48,074 bases of DNA from an uncultured Candidatus Saccharibacteria bacterium (GTDB lineage: Bacteria; Patescibacteriota; Minisyncoccia; Minisyncoccales; Staskawiczbacteraceae), in contig CAYIVF010000003.1 of assembly GCA_964366875.1 (NCBI GenBank), positions 1-48,074 on the forward strand, given 5' to 3'. This document shows, in pieces, positions 19,347-27,041 of the stretch. The position numbers and the translations under genes are program-made. Position 1 is the stretch's first letter, and every line of letters starts with the position of its first letter. Under the pieces are notes generated by a model. That model did not search any database and was not told the DNA's origin. It saw nothing but the letters and a program-made list of their open reading frames with translations.

Positions 19347-19988
19347 ATGGCTAATATAATAAACAAGATTATAAAGGTATTAATTACAAGCGACTTCTTT
19401 TTAAATTTGGGCTGGGGACTTTTATCTCCTATTTTTGCCTTGTTCATCCTGGAAAAGATAACGATCGGTAATCCGGCAAAAGCTGCAGAGGTGGCTGGAT
19501 TTGCCGCTTTGTTTTATTGGATATCAAAGGCACTCATTGAAATACCAATAGGCCGCTTTTTGGACAAGCATGACGGCGAAAAGGATGATTTTTGGTTTAT
19601 GGTAATAGGATTATTTGTTGTTAGTATATCTCCACTGGGCTATCTTATTTCTACAGAGCCGTGGCACATTTATTTATTTCAAATAATTCACGCTTTCGGT
19701 ATGTCAATGACCTTGCCTTCATGGCTGGCCATATTCACCCGCCATATAGATAAGGGAAAAGAAGCATTTGAATGGAGTGTGGAAACAACGTCTATCAGTA
19801 TGGGGGCTGGCATAGCCGGCGGATTGGGCGGCATTTTTGCCTCAATATTTGGTTTCAGAATACTTTTCGTCTTTGTAAGCGGTTTGACGATATTTGCCGC
19901 TTTGTTGTTGTTGCTTGTGCATAATAATGTTTCCAAGAGAGGAGATGGTTTTAAGGGAGCTCCAGAAAAGCCGGTAGTTGAGCCGTAA
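19347..19988 (+). CDS. Half-size (about 6 TM) MFS-like transporter
   Basis: PIG..LDK..G loop motif, about 6 TM segments in 213 aa. Confidence 0.75.
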   Translation: MANIINKIIKVLITSDFFLNLGWGLLSPIFALFILEKITIGNPAKAAEVAGFAALFYWISKALIEIPIGRFLDKHDGEKDDFWFMVIGLFVVSISPLGYLISTEPWHIYLFQIIHAFGMSMTLPSWLAIFTRHIDKGKEAFEWSVETTSISMGAGIAGGLGGIFASIFGFRILFVFVSGLTIFAALLLLLVHNNVSKRGDGFKGAPEKPVVEP

Positions 19989-20001
19989 TATATTTTGTTA
20001 T

Positions 20002-21726
20002 ATGCGAAACCAGGAATTAGCAAAAATTTTTAATGAGATGGCAAACTTTCTGGAAATGGAAGGAGTCGCTTTTAAGCCCTATGCCTATGAAAGAGCAGCT
20101 TTATCTTTAGAGGCGCTTAATGAAGATGTCAGCGATATTTACAGAAAAGGCGGGGTTAAGGCTTTATTGCAAATTCCGGGCGTTGGCAAAGCAATCGCAG
20201 ACCACATAGAAGAATATTTAAAAACTGGAAAGATAAAACACTACGAAGCATATAAAAAGAGATTGCCCTTGAAAGTAGATGAACTAATAAGAGTTGAGGG
20301 TATGGGGCCCAGAAAGACAAGAATTCTTTATCAAAAATTGGGAATTAAAAATCTGAAGGACTTGGAAAAAGCAGCCAAGGCGCATAAAATTGCGCCCTTG
20401 TTCGGCTTTGGTGAAAAGACGGAAAAAAATATTTTGCAGGGCATAGAGTTTTTAAAGCGCGATAAGGGAAGATTTCTTTTGGGAAATATAATGCCGACAG
20501 TCAAAAATATTTATGAAAAAATAAAAAAGATGAAAGAAGTTGATGAAGTTAGTTTGGCGGGATCAGTAAGAAGAAAAAAAGAAACAATTGGAGACGTAGA
20601 TATATTGGTTGTTTCTGAAAAGCCAAAAAAAGTCATGGATTTTTTTGTTAATTTAGACGGCGTCGAAAAGATTTGGGGCAAAGGAGGAACTAAGGCATCT
20701 ATTCGCATAGCAGAAGGTTTTGATGTTGATTTAAGGGTTGTGCCGAAAAGAAGCTATGGTTCTGCCTTGCAGTATTTTACAGGAAGCAAAGACCATAATA
20801 TTGTCACCAGAAAAATTGCCATAGAAAAAGGATTAAAGTTGAGCGAATATGGCGTATTTAAGGGTAAAAAAATGATTGCAGGTAAGACGGAAGAGGAGGT
20901 TTATAAAGCAATTGGTTTGCCCTGGATAGAGCCGGAGCTAAGAGAAAATGAAGGAGAGATTGAAGCAGCTCTAAAAGGCAGATTGCCAAAAATTATTGAA
21001 TATAATGATATTAAGGGCGATCTGCACTGCCATTCAAATTGGGACGGAGGTGAAAACTCTGTTGAAGAAATGACTCAGGCAGCAATGGATATGGGCTATG
21101 AGTATATCGGCATTTCAGACCACACAAAGTTTTTAAGAATTGAAAATGGAATTGATGAAAAACAATTGCTGGCCCAGCATGAAGAAATAAAAAAAATAAA
21201 TGAAAAGTTTAATAAGCGGGGTATAAAATTTAGAGTTTTACATGGATGTGAGGCGAATATAATGACAGACGGCACAATAGATATTAAAGACGATGTTTTA
21301 GCAAAATTGGATTATGTAATCGCAGGAGTGCATTCTGCTTTAAAACAAGAAAAGATAAAAATGACAGAGAGATTAGTAAGAGCAATAAAAAATCCAAATG
21401 TTGATATAATTTCGCATCCTACGGGCAGGCTCATTGGCCGCAGAGACGAATATCTGGTAGATTTTGATAAAATGTTAAAAGCCGCTAAGGAAACAGGAAC
21501 AATTTTAGAAATTAACTCCTCGCCGGAAAGATTGGATTTAAGAGATTTGTACATCAGGCGAGCAAAAAACGAGGGGGTAAAAATGATAATAAATACTGAC
21601 TCCCACCGCAAAGACCAGCTACTTTTAATGGAGTATGGAATTGGCCAAGCTCGCCGCGGCTGGGCAGAAAAAGAAGATATTATAAACACCAAGCCAGTAG
21701 AAAAATTATTAGAATATTTTAAGTAA
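20002..21726 (+). CDS. polX: DNA polymerase X with C-terminal PHP domain
   Basis: MRNQELA (ATG 20002), IPGVG, GSVRR, GDVD, YFTGSK.HN, GDLH.HS, HPTGR, NTDSH. Confidence 0.95.
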   Translation: MRNQELAKIFNEMANFLEMEGVAFKPYAYERAALSLEALNEDVSDIYRKGGVKALLQIPGVGKAIADHIEEYLKTGKIKHYEAYKKRLPLKVDELIRVEGMGPRKTRILYQKLGIKNLKDLEKAAKAHKIAPLFGFGEKTEKNILQGIEFLKRDKGRFLLGNIMPTVKNIYEKIKKMKEVDEVSLAGSVRRKKETIGDVDILVVSEKPKKVMDFFVNLDGVEKIWGKGGTKASIRIAEGFDVDLRVVPKRSYGSALQYFTGSKDHNIVTRKIAIEKGLKLSEYGVFKGKKMIAGKTEEEVYKAIGLPWIEPELRENEGEIEAALKGRLPKIIEYNDIKGDLHCHSNWDGGENSVEEMTQAAMDMGYEYIGISDHTKFLRIENGIDEKQLLAQHEEIKKINEKFNKRGIKFRVLHGCEANIMTDGTIDIKDDVLAKLDYVIAGVHSALKQEKIKMTERLVRAIKNPNVDIISHPTGRLIGRRDEYLVDFDKMLKAAKETGTILEINSSPERLDLRDLYIRRAKNEGVKMIINTDSHRKDQLLLMEYGIGQARRGWAEKEDIINTKPVEKLLEYFK

Positions 21727-22175
21727 TGCCAAGAGAAAAGTCAGTAGGAGCTATAATATTTAGGAAAGAGGATAATAAAATTTATTATCTTCTTTTGCAT
21801 TACCACTCTGGGCATTGGGAGTTTGCCAGGGGTCATGGAGAAGAGGGAGAGGGCGAACAAAAAACAGCGATAAGAGAGATTGAGGAGGAAACTGGCTTAA
21901 AGGATTTGAAAATAATTCCTGGATTTAGAGAATACTCAAAATTTTTTTTCCGCAGAACATATGGGTTAACAGGCGAGGCAAAGAAAAAAGCACCTTGGGT
22001 ATTTAAATTGGTTGTGCTTTATCTTACAGAAACTAATACTAAAGATATCAAAATATCAAAAGAACATAAAGGTTATGTGTGGCTTTTATACGATGCCGCT
22101 TTTAAAAAAATACCTAAAAATGCGAAAGGAGCTTTAGAGAAAGCAAATGATTTCATAATAAAAAATAAAATATAA
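21726..22175 (+). CDS. NUDIX hydrolase (Ap4A hydrolase-like)
   Basis: Nudix box GHGEEGE...TAIREIEEETG, SKEH. Confidence 0.9.
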   Translation: MPREKSVGAIIFRKEDNKIYYLLLHYHSGHWEFARGHGEEGEGEQKTAIREIEEETGLKDLKIIPGFREYSKFFFRRTYGLTGEAKKKAPWVFKLVVLYLTETNTKDIKISKEHKGYVWLLYDAAFKKIPKNAKGALEKANDFIIKNKI

Positions 22176-22188
22176 TTTTTTTTATTTT

Positions 22189-22533
22189 TTAACTTTTTAC
22201 CTCTTCTATAATCTTTTGGAAAATGTCAGGGTGTTTTTTTGCCAATTCAGACAATATTTTTCTGTCTAATTCTATTTTCTTTTTCTTTAATCCGTTGATT
22301 AGCCTGCTATATGTAATTCCATTCTGGCGGGCTAATGCGTTTATCTGTAAATTCCAAAGTTGCCTAAAGCTTCTCTTTTTTGCTTTTCTATCTCTGTACG
22401 CATAAGTCCAGGCGTGTCTTAAGGCCTCTTTAGCTAATTTAAATTTTGATTTTCTACCATACTTAAAACCCTTGGCATGTTTTATCAAGTTTTTTCTGTG
22501 CTTGCGGGCTTGTACAGCTCTTTTTACTCTCAT
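22189..22533 (-). CDS. rplT: 50S ribosomal protein L20
   Basis: MRVKR, YAYRDRK.KKR.FRQLW...INA, LDRKILSELA. Confidence 0.97.
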   Translation of the reverse strand: MRVKRAVQARKHRKNLIKHAKGFKYGRKSKFKLAKEALRHAWTYAYRDRKAKKRSFRQLWNLQINALARQNGITYSRLINGLKKKKIELDRKILSELAKKHPDIFQKIIEEVKS

Positions 22534-22537
22534 ATTA

Positions 22538-22726
22538 TTATATTTTTAAATATTTTTTTAGTTTTTTTGCTTCTGATTTCGCCAGCGGCACCCACTTGCG
22601 GCCCTTTCTTTTTCTTTCTCCTGTTTTTTTGGCTCTATAGTGGTTTTGTCCTGACATTCTCCTCAGGATTTTTCCAGTTTTGGTTATTCTAAACCTTTTT
22701 AATAATGCTTTTTTTGTTTTAGCCAT
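22538..22726 (-). CDS. rpmI: 50S ribosomal protein L35
   Basis: KTKKA..KRFRIT.TGK; lies between infC and rplT. Confidence 0.95.
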   Translation of the reverse strand: MAKTKKALLKRFRITKTGKILRRMSGQNHYRAKKTGERKRKGRKWVPLAKSEAKKLKKYLKI

Positions 22727-22727
22727 G

Positions 22728-23231
22728 TTATTGTTTTGATATTATTGTCGTAAAGCCCCTTGGCTCTTTTTTTATTTCTCTTTCTGTTTTAATTGGTAAT
22801 AATTTATTAAGTATAGCAAGAAAAGCCTCAATTTTGCCTCTTGCCATATATGCAAAGGCCTTTTCTCTTCCTCTCAAAACCAAGCTTACTTTTACCTTAT
22901 CTCCTTCTTTTAAAAACTTTTCTGCTTGTTTTGCTTTAGTCTCTGTATCGTGAGGAGAGATGCTGTATCCCAACCTTATTTCTTTTAATTCTCCCCCGCG
23001 GGTTTTGAGCTTTTTTTCTTTTTTCTGCACAGAATAGAGGTATTTTCCGTAATTAGCTATTTTACATACCGGAGGCGAAACCCTCTCTGTTACTTGGATT
23101 AAATCCAAACCTTTTGATTTAGCTAAATCAATTGCCTCAAATATATTCATTACGCCGAGCTGTTTGCCCGTTTCATCAACTACTCTTACTTCTTTTGACC
23201 TTATGAAATTGTTTATTAGTATTTTATCCAA
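22728..23231 (-). CDS. infC: Translation initiation factor IF-3 (non-AUG start)
   Basis: IN..IR..EVRV, LDL, PPVCKI, GDKVKV...RGRE; no in-frame ATG at the N-terminus (TTG, or ATA four codons upstream). Confidence 0.95.
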   Translation of the reverse strand: MDKILINNFIRSKEVRVVDETGKQLGVMNIFEAIDLAKSKGLDLIQVTERVSPPVCKIANYGKYLYSVQKKEKKLKTRGGELKEIRLGYSISPHDTETKAKQAEKFLKEGDKVKVSLVLRGREKAFAYMARGKIEAFLAILNKLLPIKTEREIKKEPRGFTTIISKQ

Positions 23232-23252
23232 AAATTTAGTTATTTTTTTATG

Positions 23253-23598
23253 TGGAGATGGGGAGTTTGATCTCCCGTCTGAAAAGTTTTTAAAAGTAAT
23301 TCTACAAGTTTAGTTAATTTTAGTGTTCGAGCATTAAATAAAAAATTAACAAAATTTTTAACGCCTTATCTCCTTAGTTTCGATAACTTACCGGAGAAAT
23401 AAATTATCTATCCTAATAATATAACACCTTCATTCGTTTATTAGGAGTCAACGGTGAAGATGCAGCATTAAGCGAAAGCTAATGCTGGTTGCTTATTAAA
23501 TAAATTAGCAATTATGTTTTTTCTCAGAAGATTAAAGAGCCCCGAGAATGCTCAACTTGCCTTACTTAAAAGAACTATTCATCGAAACAATCATCCCC
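23253..23598 (-). ncRNA. ssrA: tmRNA
   Basis: Acceptor stem GGGGAUG/CAUCUCC with G3:U wobble and A discriminator, T-stem GGGAG/CUCCC, tag ORF 23468-23509 ANLFNKQPALAFA*; adjacent to smpB. Confidence 0.95.
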
Positions 23599-24055
23599 GT
23601 GATAATTCGCGATTAACTTCTCTATCTACATCTTTTTTCTTTATTTTCTCTTTTTTGTCGTATTTTTTCTTTCCTTTAGCCAATCCGAATTCGAGCTTTA
23701 TCTTACCATCTTTTGCATAAATTTTCAAGGGTATTAAAGAAAAACCCCTTTCTTTTGACTTACCAAAGAGATAAATTATCTCTTTTTTATTTAAAAGCAG
23801 TTTTCTATGCCTTTCGGGATTGTATTCATCCGGCGCATTTTTTGGCTGCCAAGCAGGAACCTTTGTGCCCGTTAAATACGGCTCGGAGTACCCGCTTTCA
23901 GTGGGTTTTTTAAATACTACATAGGAGCCTGTCAGATTTATTCTGCCTGCTTTTATTGATTTTACCTCAGTTCCAAGCAAAACCAGCCCCGCTTCAAACT
24001 TTTCAAGGATGTTATAGTCGTAGAAGGCTTTTTTATTTTCTGAAAATATTTTCAT
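23591..24055 (-). CDS. smpB: SsrA-binding protein
   Basis: NKKA..DY, EAGLVL.GTEVKSIK, RKLLL.K.EI, GKKKYDK. Confidence 0.97.
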   Translation of the reverse strand: MKIFSENKKAFYDYNILEKFEAGLVLLGTEVKSIKAGRINLTGSYVVFKKPTESGYSEPYLTGTKVPAWQPKNAPDEYNPERHRKLLLNKKEIIYLFGKSKERGFSLIPLKIYAKDGKIKLEFGLAKGKKKYDKKEKIKKKDVDREVNRELSRG

Positions 24056-24132
24056 ATTGTTTTATGCTACCACTCATTTTTACCTCTCGCAAGCTTTATT
24101 TTTGCCTATTTTTATGATAAACTTTAAAAATC

Positions 24133-24810
24133 ATGGTTAAAGAAACAATTATTATATCTTTAGGCGGCTCTTTAGTGGCTCCCGGCGAAATTGATATAGG
24201 TTTTTTAAAGAACTTCAAGCACTCTTTGCAGAAATATTTGGATAAAAAGAAGTTTTTTATTTTGGTCGGCGGAGGAAAAATTTGCAGAGTTTATCAAAAA
24301 GCTTTGCTGGAATTTGGCGCGAAAAACAATGACAGGGATTGGATTGGAATTAATATCTCAAGATTGAACGCAGAAGTTGTAAAACAATTATTTACAGGTT
24401 ATGCTTACGACAAAATTATTACAGACCCGAATAAAAAAGTAAAAACAAATAAGGCTCTTATAATCGGGGCTGGCTGGAAACCAGGCTGGTCAACTGATTA
24501 TGACGCTGTTTTAATAGCAAAAAACCATAATATAAAAACAATAATCAATTTAACAAATATTGATTATGTTTATGATAAAAATCCGAGCCAGTTTCCCGAT
24601 GCAAAACCCTTAAAAAAAATAAACTGGAAAGATTTTGAGCGTATTGTGGGAGATAAATGGTCGCCGGGGCTTTCAATGCCTTTTGACCCAAGAGCTTCAA
24701 AACTTGCGGCAAGGTTAAAAATAAAAGTAATAATGATAAACGGAAAAAACTTAGAGTGCCTTGAGGATTTTTTAAATAATAAACCATTTATCGGCACAAC
24801 TATCCAATGA
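24133..24810 (+). CDS. pyrH: UMP kinase (archaeal-type)
   Basis: SLGGS, VGGG..CR.YQ, D.IGI..SRLNA, PGWSTD, PFDP, GT.I. Confidence 0.92.
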   Translation: MVKETIIISLGGSLVAPGEIDIGFLKNFKHSLQKYLDKKKFFILVGGGKICRVYQKALLEFGAKNNDRDWIGINISRLNAEVVKQLFTGYAYDKIITDPNKKVKTNKALIIGAGWKPGWSTDYDAVLIAKNHNIKTIINLTNIDYVYDKNPSQFPDAKPLKKINWKDFERIVGDKWSPGLSMPFDPRASKLAARLKIKVIMINGKNLECLEDFLNNKPFIGTTIQ

Positions 24811-26468
24811 TAAAAGAAGAAATAAAAAATTTAATTGAAAAAGCAATTAAAATTTTTTCAAAAGAAATTTCGGATTTTTCAGTTGAGGTGTCTGATGATA
24901 AAAAACATGGAGATTATTCAACTAATGTTGCTTTGATTTTGGCAAAGAAAATTGCTAAAAATCCAACAGAAACAGCTAATTTAATAAAAGAAAAAATCAG
25001 AAACAACGATATTCTTGAGAGAATAGAGGTTGCTGGGCCCGGGTTTATTAATTTTTTTCTTTCAAAAGATTTTTTTATCAAAAGTATAAAAAAGATTAAT
25101 AAAGATTTCGGAAAAAATGAGGGATTAAAAAACAAAAAAGTAATTATTGATTATACAGACCCGAATATCTTAAAAGAATTTCATATCGGACATTTAATGA
25201 GTAATGTTATTGGAGAGTCTTTATCTCGTATTTTCGAATTTCAAGGAGCCAAGGTTAAAAGAGTTTGCTATCAATCAGATGTTGGAATGGGGGTTGCAAA
25301 AGCAGTATGGGGGAAGGTTAAAAACTCTAGTTTTGAATGGGGCAAAGCTTATGCGTTTAGCGCGCAAAAATATGAGGAAGACGAAAATTTTAAAAAAGAA
25401 ATTATAGAACTTAACAAAAAAATTTATGAACGAAGCGATAAAAACATAAATAAAATTTATGATGAAGGAAAAAAGTGGTCGCTGGAGCAATTTGATAAAA
25501 TTTATGAAAGGCTTGGAACAAAATTTGATTATTTTATTTTTGAAAGTGAAGTTTCTGATTTTGGAAAAAAGATTGTTGAGAAGGGATTAAAAGATGGAGT
25601 TTTTGAAAAGGGAGAGAATGGAGCTGTTATTTTTAAAGGAGAAAAATACGGGCTTCATACAAGGGTGTTTATTAATTCTGAAGGACTGCCAACTTACGAG
25701 GCAAAAGATTTGGGATTGGCAGAAATAAAATATAAAAAATATGCTTATGATTTATCTTTTGTTGTGACTGGAAACGAGGTTAATGAATATTTTAAAGTAA
25801 TGCTTTGCGCAATGGAAGAAGCAAATCCTGATTTGGCAAAAAAAACAAAACACATTGGGCACGGAATGCTGCGTTTGCCTGGAGGAAAAATGTCATCAAG
25901 AACAGGAAAAGTTATAACAGGAGAATCATTAATAGAAAAAGTTGAGGAATTGGTAAAAGAAAAAATTAAAGACAGAGAATTGTCAGAAAAAGAAAAAAAA
26001 GAAATTATAGAAAGTGTTGCGATTGGAGCTATAAGGTATTCAATTTTAAAGCAGTCAATTGGGTCTGATATTATTTACGACTTTGATAAATCAATTTCTT
26101 TTGAAGGAGATTCTGGCCCGTATCTTCAATATTCTTATACAAGAGCAGAATCTGTTTTGAGAAAAGCAAAAAGAGAAGGCATAAAAGCTAATTTCAAAAA
26201 AATACCCGGAGAAATTACTCAACTTGAAAAAATAATGCATTATTTTCCAGACATAATTTTACAGGCAGGCAAAAACTATGAGCCGCATTTTTTGGTTTTA
26301 TATCTCACAGAGTTGGCTGGAATATTTAACAGTTATTATGCAAAAAATAGAATTGTCGATAAATCAGATGAATTTTCTCCATATAAAATAGCAATAACCG
26401 AAGCATTTTCTGTAATTATGAAAAATGGAATGTGGTTGCTCGGAATTGATGTTTTAGAAAGGATGTAA
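24807..26468 (+). CDS. argS: Arginyl-tRNA synthetase
   Basis: HGDYSTN, GPGFIN, HIGH, KMSSR.G, GDSGPYLQY, LERM. Confidence 0.97.
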   Translation: MIKEEIKNLIEKAIKIFSKEISDFSVEVSDDKKHGDYSTNVALILAKKIAKNPTETANLIKEKIRNNDILERIEVAGPGFINFFLSKDFFIKSIKKINKDFGKNEGLKNKKVIIDYTDPNILKEFHIGHLMSNVIGESLSRIFEFQGAKVKRVCYQSDVGMGVAKAVWGKVKNSSFEWGKAYAFSAQKYEEDENFKKEIIELNKKIYERSDKNINKIYDEGKKWSLEQFDKIYERLGTKFDYFIFESEVSDFGKKIVEKGLKDGVFEKGENGAVIFKGEKYGLHTRVFINSEGLPTYEAKDLGLAEIKYKKYAYDLSFVVTGNEVNEYFKVMLCAMEEANPDLAKKTKHIGHGMLRLPGGKMSSRTGKVITGESLIEKVEELVKEKIKDRELSEKEKKEIIESVAIGAIRYSILKQSIGSDIIYDFDKSISFEGDSGPYLQYSYTRAESVLRKAKREGIKANFKKIPGEITQLEKIMHYFPDIILQAGKNYEPHFLVLYLTELAGIFNSYYAKNRIVDKSDEFSPYKIAITEAFSVIMKNGMWLLGIDVLERM

Positions 26469-26471
26469 ATC

Positions 26472-27041
26472 ATGAAGCTAAACAACAAATATTATATCTT
26501 GCGGCATGGAGAGGCAATTTCTAACGTAAAAGATATTGTTTCCTGCTGGCCTGAAAAATTTGAAAATCACCTTACAGAGGAGGGAAATAACTCAGTGAGA
26601 AGAGTTGTGCAGGAGTTGAAAACCAAAAATATAAATTTAATTTTTGCATCCGATTTAGCAAGAACTAAAGAAACAGCAGAAATCGCTGGTAATATTTTGG
26701 GAATAAAGCCAGAATATGATAAAAGATTAAGAGAGATTAATTTTGGAGTTTTTAACTCTGGACCCATGTCAAATTTTAAAAAATATTTTAAAAATAAAAC
26801 AGACAGGATAAATAAGGCTTTGCCTGGAGGAGAAAGTTATGATGATGTTTTTAAAAGAGTTGCTGATTTTTTTGAAGAAATAAATAATAAATATAAGGGG
26901 AAAAATATTTTAATAATAAGCCATCAAGCCCCGCTTTTTCTTTTTGAGGGTTATATCAGAGATTTTTCAATATCAGAAACCATTGAAAATTTTCCAGAAG
27001 AAAAAATGCTTTACAAAGCGGAGTTAAGAGAAATTATATGA
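26472..27041 (+). CDS. Histidine phosphatase (phosphoglycerate mutase) family protein
   Basis: RHGE, SD..R..ETA, LRE..FG, GGES, ISH. Confidence 0.92.
   Translation: MKLNNKYYILRHGEAISNVKDIVSCWPEKFENHLTEEGNNSVRRVVQELKTKNINLIFASDLARTKETAEIAGNILGIKPEYDKRLREINFGVFNSGPMSNFKKYFKNKTDRINKALPGGESYDDVFKRVADFFEEINNKYKGKNILIISHQAPLFLFEGYIRDFSISETIENFPEEKMLYKAELREII

Noticed and set aside
23514-23720. Small ORFs over the ssrA/smpB region
   Set aside because: Explained by tmRNA and smpB on the opposite strand
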